From contig NC_043006.1 of assembly GCF_006345805.1 (NCBI RefSeq), forward strand, positions 5,456,001-5,520,000: 64,000 nt of DNA, given 5' to 3'. The position numbers and the translations under genes were made by a program. The stretch's first letter is position 1, and each line of letters begins with the position of its first letter. The notes beneath the pieces were generated by a model. That model saw only the letters and a program-made list of their open reading frames with translations, was not told where the DNA came from and searched no databases. Origin of the DNA: Octopus sinensis. Its lineage: Eukaryota. This document shows positions 15,259-28,800 of this stretch, in pieces.

Positions 15259-15461
15259 ATGTTTCAGTCATTTTGACTGTGGCCATGCTGGCCATGCTGG
15301 AGCACCGCCCTTTAGTCGAGCAAATTAACCCCAGGACATATTCTTTGGAAGCCTAGTACTTATTCTATCGGTGTCTTTTGCAGAACCGCTAAGTTACGGG
15401 GACGTAAACACACCAGCAACGGTTGTCAAGCGATGTTGGGGGGACAAACACAGACACTCAA

Positions 15462-15494
<33 letters not shown>

Positions 15495-15665
15495 CATATA
15501 TACGGCAGGCTTCTTTCAGTTTCCGCCTACCAAATCCCCTCACAAGGCTTTGGTCGGCCCGAGGGTATAGTAGAAGATACTTTCCCAAGGTGCCACGCAG
15601 TAGGACTGAACCCGGAACCATGTGGTTCGTAAGCAAGCTACTTACCACACAGCCACTCCTACACC
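15259..15665 (-). mobile_element. SINE family B
   Basis: Homology to 54317 copy. Confidence 0.86.
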
Positions 15666-16026
15666 TACTTGTATATTGCTTCAAAAGCATACTATAATGA
15701 CTGAAGTAATTCTTTTATTCCTGCTGTAATTGTATGTAACCAATACGGCACTCTATGTTCGACAGCTTGGAAAACATGACACCAAAAGACTATCTGTTGA
15801 ATCGATGTTGTTTATTTATCGGTTTCTCAATCATAAAAACTTATGTACTAAAAATGGGAATAGACCGACTAACGCGTAAACTGAATTTTGAGCCACAGCT
15901 GGAAAGTGCAAACTTGATGAGAAATACATGTGCAGGTTTTGCTATACAATGATGACCTATCTGCAACTGACGGCAAGAAAATATGCACCAGTAAGGCAAA
16001 TATATCAGGATGCGAGGATGTTGTCG

Positions 16027-16098
<72 letters not shown>

Positions 16099-16139
16099 TA
16101 ATAGTAATAATAATAATAATAATGATAATAATAATAATG

Positions 16140-16225
<86 letters not shown>

Positions 16226-16228
<3 letters not shown>

Positions 16229-16529
16229 GACCTGGAAATAGAGGTAACTAGAATGTGGAATCTGAAAACAGAAACAATTCCTATCATAGTAGGTGCATTA
16301 GGCATGATAAAAAAATATTCAGACAAATACATAACAAAAACACCAGGACTTACAAACACATATAACATACAGAAAATTGCACTACTAGGCACTGCACACA
16401 TCCTACGCAGAACACTTTCCATACAATAACCATCAGAGCATCACAACAAATCACAGCACATACCCAAGGCACACAGAGCTGTGCTCGGTAGTGAAGTGAA
16501 AGCACGCTATAAAAATAAAAATAAAACTA

Positions 16530-16532
<3 letters not shown>
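16226..16532 (+). mobile_element. 5'-truncated R4/Dong-clade non-LTR retrotransposon 3' end in (TAA)n
   Basis: KDLEIEVTRMW..IPIIVGALG..IQKIALLGTAHILRRTL* (RLE-element C-terminus) plus 3' UTR. Confidence 0.85.
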
Positions 16533-16585
<53 letters not shown>

Positions 16586-16599
16586 TAATAATAATAATG

Positions 16600-16631
<32 letters not shown>

Positions 16632-17186
16632 TGCCCTGATGCAGTACCAGGCAGTGGCTCTCATGGCTTCTGATCTTAACTGATTGGAAGTGTTATCATG
16701 TACATTGTTTTGTCTTGGTATAAAAGATGGGCTACAGCAAATATTCTGCTCAATACCACAGATTTGCTTGTCAGTTGTTTGACCTTAACCAGTTGAGCAT
16801 GTCCCTTAGTGGCTGACGATATGTGCATCTCTGATCACGAGCAGAAGTAGTGGGGGAGCATCATAGCCATGTGTTGAGAAGGATTCTTTGGGGTTTGAAT
16901 AATTCACCTCTGGAAACATGGGTGTTTCGTTCAACGTCCTTAAACAACCCTTATTCAGGGACCTTTTGAGCGGGATGGGTTACTCGATCTGAAGAAAATT
17001 CTAACTGGGCTCCACCTGCAAGGTCATGTGCTGTTTATCTTGATATGAGATCACCATGTCGCGCACATATGGTTGTGATGCATGTGCCTGGTGTACCCTT
17101 ATCAGACGGGTAGTCATGATGGGTATACTGGGCTTCGTATATTTTACCCCAGTGTCACTTTGATGGCATGCTCTGCTCACTCACTC
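16632..17186. mobile_element. ~555-bp non-coding insertion within the (TAA)n array
   Basis: Sharp boundaries with (TAA)n on both sides; no recognisable ORF. Confidence 0.5.
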
Positions 17187-17246
<60 letters not shown>

Positions 17247-17267
17247 TATAATAATAATAAAAATATT

Positions 17268-17482
17268 AAAAAATATTCAGACAAATACATAACAAAAACA
17301 CCAGGACTTACAAATACATATAACATACAGAAAATTGCACTACTAGGCACTGCACACATCCTACGCAGAACACTTTCGATACAATAACCATCAGAGCATC
17401 ACAACAAATCACAGCACATACCCAAGGCACACAGAGCTGCGCTCGGTAGCGAACTGAAAGCACGCTATAAAAAATAAAACTA

Positions 17483-17485
<3 letters not shown>
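17268..17485 (+). mobile_element. Second, shorter R4/Dong 3' end
   Basis: Near-identical to 16309..16532. Confidence 0.85.
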
Positions 17486-17561
<76 letters not shown>

Positions 17562-17845
17562 TAATAATAATAATAATAATAATAATAAAGAAATTTAACC
17601 TTCATTCTCAGGCTCTCGCTTTACAACATCTACTTTGTAACGGCTTGCAGGACTCTTTGGTGCATTTACTTAACCGTCATTAGATGCCGAATCATTGCTT
17701 AGAGTAATGGCACATATATTACTGGTATTTCTTTTATAAACCTTTAAGGAAATGAAAAGCAACGTTTTATACAGCCAGTTCAACCAAAATATATAAAGTA
17801 CATTATGCCATTCAATTTTGCATTATGAGACTGACGCGCTGCCTG

Positions 17846-18090
17846 CTGTGTGGCTTAGTGGTTAGGGTGTCAGCATCATGACCGTAAGATTGTGGTTTCG
17901 ATTCCTGGACCGGGCGACGCGTTGTGTTCTTGAGCAAAACACTTCATTTCACGTTGCTCCAGTCCACTCAGCTGGCAAAAATGAGTAACGCTGCGATGGA
18001 CTGGCGTCCCATCCAGCTGTGGAACACATACGCCATAGAAACCGGGAAACCGGGCCCATGAGCCTGGCTAGGCTCTAAAAGGGCGCATTT
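17846..18090 (+). mobile_element. tRNA-SINE with V-domain-like body
   Basis: tRNA head, GTGTTCTTGAGCAAAACACTT and GCGATGGACTGGCGTCCCATCCAG; tail shared with 39686. Confidence 0.78.
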
Positions 18091-18440
18091 TTTATTGTGC
18101 CATTCAGTACGTCATTTTCTACTACCACCCCAATAGCCATCACCAGAGATATAGTTGAATCAGGAAGGTCAGAGCGTATGGCCTTTAATATCATACTTTT
18201 TTCATTCTCAATTTATTAAATGTTTGATTTTCTTACATAATATACTATCATTCATAAAACAGGATGTATTACTCACTAAGGAAATGTAATTTATGTATTC
18301 CACTCAATGAATGCAGAGTATGGATATGTAAGTGCTATAATATTCACGCACATTATATGCGAACACATATATGTGTGCATGTATGTATGCATGTATATAT
18401 GTATGTATATATGTACGTATGTATTAATTATGTATGTATG

Positions 18441-18471
<31 letters not shown>

Positions 18472-18503
18472 ATATGTACGTATGTATTAATTATGTATGT
18501 ATG

Positions 18504-18537
<34 letters not shown>

Positions 18538-18954
18538 TGTATGTATGTATATATGTATGTATGTATTAATTATGTATGTATTAATTATGTATGTATGTAT
18601 GTATGCATGTATGTATGTATGAATGTATATATGTATGTATTATGTATATATGTATGTATGCGTGTATGTTCATTTACTTCTCCAGTCGGTTAAATTTAAA
18701 CCCCTTGAAGTAATGAGGAGTCACTAAGTCATTTTATTAGATTGTATACGTTATGGTACCCGGAAACAAGATTGCTTATTCTTTAGACAACTTTATTTTT
18801 CTAAGTTAGTGTACAATCGTGTATAATTACTTAGATATTCATCCACCCAAATTTTTGGGGGTACTGTGAAGACTATATTTCGTTCAGCAGCTCATAATAT
18901 GATCAAACGACTACTGGATTGTTTCTTATTTTTGTCAGGAAAATGAAAAACATC

Positions 18955-19854
18955 CGAGAGGGTACCCAAAGTAACCGGAAACGTTCTCTATGGGACAAAC
19001 CCATTGTAGTTCAGGATTCCGCCGCTAGAAGCCACTGGACGCGACCCTCAGGCATCAGTCCGCCGATCGGCGTCTTCGAGTGAAGATTTTGTACTGCCAC
19101 GTGATGTGTCTTTGTTTTGCAGTGCTTCTCCCCTGTTCCCCGATTTTTGCTATGACTGAAACGAAGGAACAGCACGCTTCCGTGAAATTCTGTTTTCTGT
19201 TGGGAAAAGTAGCCATACTTCAGACAGCTTACAAGGACGCTGTCATGTGCAAAACTCAAGCTTACGAGTACTTTCCACGCCCTAGGAATGGTTACTTGTC
19301 GATTGAAGACTAACCTCGTTCAGGACGACCTCATCGACTCCCACCCCGCGAACGAATGAAAACATTATGAAAACTAATGAACAGATCTTGGAGGACCATC
19401 ACTGAACAATTGATGAACTTGTTGATATGACTGGTGTGTCCTGGAGCTCCTGCCAACGAACTTTGAGCGAGGAATTGTGAATAAAAGAATTACAGCAAAA
19501 TTAGTGCCTCACATATTCAAGGAAGATTAAAAGCATTCACGACTGAATGCGTGTCGCGAACTGAATGAACAGTCGGAAGTTGATCCGGATCTTTTCTCGA
19601 AAGCTATCACTGGTGACGGAAGCTGGTGCTGCGTTAATTTGCAGATGTGGAAAATATGAATTAAAAAACGTCAGAGACGTTAAAAGGCATCACTTTGCAA
19701 GAGTTCCAGGACAGCTTCGAATAATGGAAAACGCAGCTGGACCGATGCATTGCCCTCAAATGGAAAATATTTCGAAGGCGATAAAAGTGTAAACGTAAAA
19801 CTAAGTGAATAAAATAATACTGTAAAATTCCAGTTTCTTTTGGGTAGCCCCTCG
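18955..19854 (+). mobile_element. Degenerate, internally deleted mariner element
   Basis: Imperfect TIRs CGAG.GG.TACCCAAA; VKFCFLLGK, PRSGRP and ITGD remnants with stops and frameshifts. Confidence 0.82.
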
Positions 19855-21498
19855 TAGTTAATCGAAGCCACATAGATGAGTAAAGAAATCTCTCTCACAG
19901 AAATGGAGCGAGAGAGAGAGGGGGGGAAAGAAGGAGAGAGGGGCGAGAAAGGAAAAGAGGGAGAGAGGAGGGAGAGGGAAATAGGGGATTCTGCAAACAA
20001 TTCATTGTTGGTGCTACTAGATGGAGATCTACATCAAATTATTGTACGGAGCACGAATCAGCGTTAGAGACGGTGAAGTGTCAATTTTAAATTCCATAAT
20101 AGGTCACGTTCCGTCCACTTTTGGTAACATGAAATATTTTACTTTCGATATTTCTTACATTCGGTGACACTGTTCAACCCTTTGAGGTTAGCGAAAACAA
20201 AAGTTACAACGAAACAGTATTTTTGTGCTATTGATATAATACGAAGCGGTGACATCTCAGAAGGTGGGTGTCCCTCAACTCCGGCCTGAAGTGTTTCACC
20301 TGGCACGGAAAGCTAACTAATAGTGGTACAAAAAGTCACTATTTATGATCACATATCCAGAAGGACCACTTACGATTAATATATATACATATATATATGT
20401 ATATATATATTTGGTAGTATATACATTTGTTTGATTCCTGCTGGTTGTTTTCATTTGACCGAAGTTGCTAAAGTTTAGAAAAAACGGATACTTGAAATAA
20501 ATAGATGAATGGGTAAATATCCAACTTGTTTTATTCCCAATATTTAGTAATTATGTATCGTTTGGCTGTGAGTAAAACTCTGTTTCATTGTGGAAGCCAT
20601 GAAGAATTGTTTAAAGAGAATAAATAATAATCCCAAAATTTATCTCTTCGTGCATTCAGTCTATTGTAGTTCCATGATCTTTTAATTAAACTTGGTCTCC
20701 TTTAGATCATTGATATTTATATCATTGATTACTTTTGAATGCACTAATTATTTTAAGAAAACTGAACAGAAACTGTGTCTTTAGATTTTTCCCCCAAAAC
20801 ATTTCTACTATAGGTGGTTACCATTCGGAATCAAACCTGCGACTCTTTGGAGCTTGCTTTCTTCTTTTTTACGCTGCTTTACTATTCTCCAGTATAAAAT
20901 TTTATTACCATGTTTAACGTTTATATCTTTTCGTTCAAGTCATACGGCCATCACTTAAGTGAGACTGTCTTACAAAACAACATTCACGAGAAAAGACAAT
21001 ATACCAATCAGAAAAGAACCATAATTTGGTTTCCAAAATTGTATCCATACGAAGTCTTCAAAATAATTATTTCAGCCTCATTTCAGACTAAGTAAATTAA
21101 TCTTCCAAATCTGATTAATCTAAAATGTTATCATTCACTATTTACAACTGATTTTTTCAAACAAACATGCAGCACTTAAGCTGTTGAATGAGACAGGAGT
21201 GAAACATTGATATATTTGCATTTTTGAAGAGTACAAGTAAAACGAACTCATGTTAATCATTAGAAATTTTAGACTTTCATATATTTCCTCTCTGGTGTGT
21301 ATGGACAATATTTTATCTATATTTGAAATGTAACCAAATTAAATTGCAATCACTAATCATAAAGTGTATTAGGATATGAAATTACTGAATAGGTTTTTAT
21401 GGTTAATTATTAAATATTATACTTTTATTATATGCCTTGCTAATATTAGTCTGTGTTATATATGATAACACATGAGCTTCTTCTTGAATTGAAAATAT

Positions 21499-21563
<65 letters not shown>

Positions 21564-21702
21564 CATATATAAATACTTCTATTTGTATATGTATTATTAA
21601 TACCATTTAATTTATATGTATATATACGAATATAAATTATATATATACATATACGTATATATATATATGTATGTATATATATATATTATATATATATATA
21701 TA

Positions 21703-21763
<61 letters not shown>

Positions 21764-21789
21764 TTATCTTTTATCACCTTGGAGAACGT

Positions 21790-21878
21790 TTAGTCTTTTG
21801 CCGAACCGCTAGGTCCGGGAACGTAAACACACCAACAACAGTCTCATACAAACACGCACGCACTCACACACACGCACA

Positions 21879-21909
<31 letters not shown>

Positions 21910-22098
21910 GCACGCACACACACGCACACACACACACACGCACGCACACACACTGACCGCTTTTCCTTTCCGTCTACCAACTCCATTCATAAGGCTTTGG
22001 TCAGCTCAAGGTTAGAGTAGAGAACACTTGCTCATGGTGTCACATGTGAAACATGTGGCTGGAAAGCAAAATTCTTACCACACAGTCACGCGTGCGCA
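21790..22098 (-). mobile_element. SINE family B, degenerate
   Basis: GCCGAACCGCTA and CCGTCTACCAA segments. Confidence 0.68.
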
Positions 22099-22288
22099 TA
22101 TCAAATATTTATATATACGTATAATTGCTAACGGCACTATGATTTTAATTAAGGAATGAAAGCGTTCGCGTTATCCGTTTGTCTTAAGTCTACTGCTTGT
22201 ATTACCACTCTCGTTATTCAAAAATGATATTTTCTATGAATTTCTCAAAGGCTTTGCACTTTAATGTGAAGGATATTATAACTTTTGT

Positions 22289-22626
22289 TGTGTCTTGGGA
22301 GGGTCATTTTCTTTTTGTGCCTTATAATGTAACACACTCAACGGTAAAATTTCCACTTATTTCTTATTTTTATATTCCTAAACTTATCGTTGCGTCTTGC
22401 AACTTTTTTCAGTAGTCTTGACTCTGTCCGTTGAAAAGAGCATTTAAAAGGTTGCAAGATGCAACGAAAATTTTAGAAAATAAAAATAAGAAATTAGTGG
22501 AAATTTTACCGGTGAGTGCGTTACATTATAAAGCATAAAAAGAAAATGACTCTCCCCGGACACCACAGAATATGCTTCAACACACGAACTCACATAAAGA
22601 ATCTTCCAAACCAAATCCCAAAACGA
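22289..22626. mobile_element. Fold-back insertion with 14-bp TSD
   Basis: ~125-bp inverted arms; ATTATAACTTTTGT duplicated at 22275-88 and 22627-40. Confidence 0.7.
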
Positions 22627-22829
22627 ATTATAACTTTTGTCTTGCAGTAATAAAATAACATTCAAAGCAGAATTGAAAGTATGTTTCAGTTTCAATTGGC
22701 TGGTAGATTATTTTATATTCTCCATCGTTTATATAACCAACATCTTGACTCGTATTTCTTAAATAAACATTCTTTTAAAGAACGAAGCAGTTTATACTTC
22801 TAGTTTAAAATACAAAGGAAGAGAAGGAA

Positions 22830-22865
22830 ATGTCGTCACCGAACAATAACTACCAAAGGCAAACG
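22830..22865 (+). CDS. CHS: CHS exon 1 ([12 protein letters not shown])
   Basis: ATG with an in-frame upstream TAA (22806) and a strong donor ACG|GTAAGT, phase 0; no homology support. Confidence 0.55.
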
Positions 22866-25800
22866 GTAAGTAAATGTTATAACATTTGCGGACGATAAAT
22901 GTATGTCTTTTTACTCCGTGCTGAAACTTGTTTCATTTGTATTTTATATTTGAACTAGCAGTATCGCCCGGCGTTGCTCGGGTTTGTAAGGGAAATAACT
23001 ATATAAGCATTTTTAGAGATGTAAAGTATAAAAGCCATCTCAATATGGCTAACCACAAAGGGGAGGGTGTTACTGTAGCTTTTTACGTTCTGAGATTTAA
23101 TAATAAATTTTTAGAGAGTTACTTCCCTTATATATGCCAAAAATGCATTAAAAATGGAAAAAATTGATCGTAAATTTTTTTTTAAATCGTAGACTCATCG
23201 TAGACGCGCGCTAATACCCAGAAGGGCTCTATATGAATCAGGACTATAAGATACCCGATTTTGGTTAAACTGCACCGCAAAATATGGGAGTAGTTAGGAA
23301 TCTAAATCGTAGGAGACAGACAGCACACAACCTCACTTTTATATATAAAGATTTGAATAACATGGTTTAACTTGTTCTTAGGAAAATGGTAATTCAACCT
23401 GTATCATATACTGTTGATATCTCTTGATGCTTATTAAGGTGGTGAACTTGCAGAATCATTAGCGCGTCGAATTAAATGCTTAGTGGCATTTTGTCTGTCT
23501 TTACATTCCGAGTTGAAATTCCGCCGAGGTCGACTTTATCTTTCATCCTTCGGAGGCGATAAAATAGATACCCATTGAGCACTGGGTTACCCCCTCCCTT
23601 GAAATTGCTGGCCTTGTGCCAAAATTTGAAACCAGTATTTCTTGATGCTTCAAACCAAGCTCTCGTGGGAAGAAACCACAAAACTGTATTAACAAAATTA
23701 TGTTGTATGCTTATTATTTTAATTGACAAAGATTCTGATTTAAACAGAATGTATATCATAGCTGTGGAGGCGCAATGGCCCAGTGGTTAGGGCAGCGGAC
23801 TCGCGGTCGTAGGATGGCAGTTTCGATTCCCAGACCGGGCGTTGTGAGTGTTTATTGAGCGAAAACACCTAAAGCTCTACGAGGCTCCGGCAGGGATGAT
23901 GGTGATCCCTGCTGTACTCTTTCACCACAACTTTCTCTCACTCTTACTTCCTGTTTCTGTTGTACCTGTATTTCAAAGGGCCGGCCTTGTCACTCTCTGT
24001 GTCACGCTGAATATCCCTGAGAACTATGTTAAGGGTACACGTGTCTGTGGAGTGCTCAGCCACTTACAAGTTAATTTCACGAGCAGGCTGTTCCGTTGAT
24101 CGGATCAACCGGAACCCTCGTCGTCGTAACCGACGGAGTGCTTCCTATATCACAACTCCCCACCCAGCATAAAGCCACTTAAATCGAAGGGATATGATTT
24201 ATATATTACTCAGGTTGTGTGAAAGGTGAAATTTATTTGGCAGAATTTAGAGCCTGAACACATGCTATACATAGCCTCACGTTTCATTATCTCGATACAA
24301 CTTTACGAATCTTCATCCTTAACCAGTGTAACTTGTCTTATTCCATGTACTCTATTCAAACAATAAATATTCCTTATATAGATAAGAAAACTTATATCCT
24401 AGGGGAAAACTAATATCCTAAGGGAAATACTTTTCTTCTCAACACTTTTGATATGATTTCAAATTAGAATTAGACTCAGGCCTTGGGTTGTATTTAAACT
24501 CTCGAAAATGTTGCACTGGTGTTTACTTAGGTTTGCTACCCTGAAACTAATTTAGGCACACGAGTAGCGAGGGGCAATACAAGACGTGTACATTTATTTT
24601 TAATATGGTCCTGTCCATCAGAACGTGAAAGGCATTCACTGCAGGCTTTTGTCTCGGCTAAAAAAATTCTCTGTAGTATTTGTTTGTAAAAACACTTCGA
24701 CCCTTGCTTCAAGTAATACGACAGCCTATCAGACATAGTGTTTTGGCATGATTCTGCCTCTTCGGTGACAGACACCGTTTTGGTCATTTGGAGATAAACC
24801 GAAACTTTTTTTGTTGTATCTAGGAAACAGCAAATGTACTATTTGCTGAGGTATGCTGACGTTTGTCACGCCAGAATTAATTTAGTAGCAACACGTGAAG
24901 TAGAAAGTAACAGTGTAAAGACTTGGCCTTTCCTAATAAATACATCTGTCAATGAATACTAAGCATTGTTGTCTTCAACATAGTGATTCTCCAAACTATA
25001 CATTAATACAAATTAAAAGCTGAGTATATAGTTGAAATATGCTAGAGATGGATCAAAAGTTGGAAAATTAGGATGTAAGTTTTGTGTGTCGCTAAGGTCA
25101 GTGCTGGACCAAATTTCACGGATGTTTACGTAGAGCTTTGTCGAGATTCTTTAATAGATTTCATACTATGGACTCGCTAAGAAGTTTGTATGATCTAGAT
25201 TTAGCTGTTAACCAATATTGATACCCAACAATAAACTCGCGCAAAAATCAATAACAAAAATCAGATTCGTATTCTTCTATATAATTCTTATTTTCTAGGC
25301 TGGCTTCGCAGTACTGCTTTTTATTGTCATGTGGGTATCTATGACCACAGGACATGTAGCACTAATCTCATTGTTGCACCTTCATAAATTTGAAGAAATA
25401 TCCTCGTCTACTTGGTAAGTAACGAATGAAAATGCTTTATATTTTTTCAAGAATATTTACTATACTATTACTATATCCTGGATAAGATTGTATTGTCTTA
25501 TGAACAATAGTTTGTTATATTTGGTTTAGAAGATAGAAAGAAAATGGAGGCAGAAACATCACGACATAGTTGTTGTATTATCCAGAACAGACAGCGAGGA
25601 TTATTTCCATTCTCTCATTCTTCTTTTCTCACATCCCTCTTCACCTTTCCGCCTGGGGTCCAGACTTTCGAAACCTGTGAAGGTTGCCCGAACTGTACAG
25701 AAGAGATCCGATTGCGTAGAGACTGGTCAAATTGCGAGGAAGCTGTCCTGACGGTGTAAGGACATCAAAAAGAAATTTTATTGTACCTTCTTATAAGGTT

Positions 25801-28800
25801 TCATAACGAACCGATTTTCTCCCACTTGCCGTAAGATGACGTACCAAACACATGGACGTTCAAGGTGTGACATGAATATTACATACCACAATTTTTCGGG
25901 TGGACACAGAATGTGGTTACTCTTTCACAATTTGCAAAATACTGGAAAATACAGAAATTTTCATTGGTATTGTTGTTTCACTTCTCAGAAAGTTCTGTCT
26001 TGTTTGTTCTGGTAGATTCTGTGAGAACGGACAGCAGCTTGCAGTCGGAGGTCTCACAGGTTCTCTTTCCGTACGTTATAAAATTTGATACTTAGTTGTT
26101 TCTTCTCGTGGGAGACATGTAACATCTAAGTACTAATCTCAAAATCCTAGCTGTCCCCAGCAGAGCAGTTTGGGGGCTTACTCTGCTTTCATACCAATTC
26201 CGTTTTCTTTGATATATTTCCTTACACCTATTGAAATGACAGACACTCTCCTCTTAGTCCACATTCTTGCAATTTCGTCTTTTAGTAATCGGTACTTTTC
26301 AATCTCGTCTCGTTCTTTGTCCCTTATGTGTGCATCTTCAGGTATTGCAATATCTATGATCTTGGTTCCCTTTTTTCCTTTATCTACCACAACAATATCT
26401 GGTTTCCGATCCTCGATTAGGGAGTCACATCGGATTGTAAAATCCCACAGTATCTTATATTCTTTGTTCTAAGTGACTCTTTCTGGTTCATGTTCGTACC
26501 ATTTCTATTCTCTGTTCAGGCCGTACTTTACACATAGCCTCCAGTGGACGAACTTAGCCATGTTATCGTCCTTTTGTAGTGTTTTGGGGCTAGCTTGATA
26601 CACTCACTCACAATACGTGAGATTGTTTCGTTTCTGCTGTCACAGGGGCGATTCGCTATTCTTATCTATTTGGAACTTGGTGTAATTAGTTCTCAGAGCT
26701 TGTTCCTAGGCTCTGCACATCAGTGCCTCAGTGCATCCTTTCAGATCACTTTCAGATCTTGACTTCTCTTTCGATTTCTCTGAGTTGTTATTCATGTGGT
26801 AGTTTCATTTCCCAATTGTTTACGTTTTTTTTTCATCTTGTTTCCTAGATGTTTGTGGGTGCATCGTGTTTCCGTGCCCTGTTCATGCCGTACTTTTCAC
26901 GTAGCCTCCAGTGAACGTACTAACAACATTAATTTCCTACTCCTTCTCCTCGTCATCACCATCATTAATATCATCGTCATCATCACCACCACCACCACCA
27001 CCACCACCACCACCACCACCACCGCCGCCACCGCTGCCGCTGCCGTCGCCGCCGCTACCACCCCTACCACTATCAAACTGTCTTCACCACTGCTCCACGT
27101 TAACAGCTTCAACTCCCAAGCCGCCGCCACGACATCGCTTTCATCATCCTCAACATTGTCATCCTTACCCAATATCATTACCATCACCATAACAGCTCCA
27201 CCAACACCACCACTATTCATATCACCACCACCCTCTAAAGGGAATGTTAATCCCGGAATTCTGATATTCTATCAAAACTAGTTTTCGTGTATCTACTTAG
27301 TTTTTAGTCTCTAAATATCGCTTAAAGGATTAAGCGAAAACAGAAAAGTAGAGATTAACTGATCAGAAAGACAGTTGTCCACAATAAACCACATGTAGCA
27401 GTCCTCCATTATTAACTAACGTTTAACATTAAATGTTGACCCCTTTCGGTAATTCATGGATTACACTCTTCTGTATAGTGTCACATTAATGGAGTAAAAG
27501 AAGTGAGTTACGAAATTGAAAATTGCATCCTTTTAAACTGAAATATTGTTGATGAAAGGAAACAGGTTTTTTTTTTCATTTTGTAAGAAAACTAATTAAT
27601 GTTATATTCTTTCTGTTACAGGTACATCTGTGTTTGTATTGTGCTGGAAATTCCACACTTGTTTAACATAGCTCACTGCGTGTGGGGTACCTCCTTCATT
27701 TGTGTCAAGAAATGGACAAAATGGCCGACTGTGTCACATCTTTCCACGGTATTTAATACATCAACATACGGATAAATATTTAAGTGATATTTAATGATAA
27801 GAATGAAAAAATCTACAGAGTGTTGCATAAAATTGCTTTCTTTCTTTTTTTTCTTTTTGCGGCACCGACTTTGTCTAATGTTCCTTTCAACGTTTTAATG
27901 GTTGGTAAAATGAATTCCAGTCAAGCCCTACGTTAATTAAATTAACCTACCTCTACCCTAAAAATTCATTGTGTTGAGTCACAGACAGGAAATTGATTTT
28001 TTGTACGATACTACTCCAAGGCAAAATTTTCCTCATACAGGACCCAATATCGAATTAATATTGGGCTGCCTGATAATTTCAAGTTTCTTACCATTTATTT
28101 CAATCCTTATTTTTAACAAGTCGGTTGATAATAAGTTCTTCGTTCACAAGAAGTCGAATGTATTTGACAACCCAATAGTTAATTATGGAAGCATTGTTTT
28201 CTATATTTACTAATTTTCTTATGCGAATGAGATACCATTTTTATGATAGCAATATATTTATAGAGTTGTTATCTGCACGCATGCACGCGCATATACATAT
28301 ACAGTTGTATATGACTGATTTATAACACTAGTAATTCTCACATGTCATTTAAGATTTCAAGTGTTGATTACATTAAACTATTATTAACCAACTGTTTTAG
28401 TAATCGATTTTTTTGTGTATGTTTTAGTCAAGAGGGAAAGCAGAGCTTAAGATCCTTTACAAGGCTTTCAAGACTTGTGAATTGGAGCAAGGAGAGTGTC
28501 CTTGAACCAGTAACTTAGTCTGAATTCTTATAACAGAACAGACCCGCTTATTGTATCCAAGATACCAGAGAATTATGTTAAACTAAGCAACGGGTTAAAT
28601 CTATAACTATTGTGGGCCATAGTGGAATTTAACTCTGAATGTAAAAAGCTACACAATATACTGCAAGGCTTCTGCACCGAGATTTTGTTGACCCTAGAAC
28701 AAATACCACTTTAACGACTCGCTTCCAATATTTGATACATGTCATAAAATATATTTGATACATGTCATATTTACAAGCATTAGTTCCTAACGTAGATGGT

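Larger units (their letters stand above)
16027..17588. repeat. (TAA)n tract split by three insertions
   Basis: Direct reading. Confidence 0.9.

Noticed and set aside
23766-23850. tRNA genes at SINE heads
   Set aside because: A/B boxes run straight into SINE bodies, many with TSDs; no complete cloverleaf or terminator.
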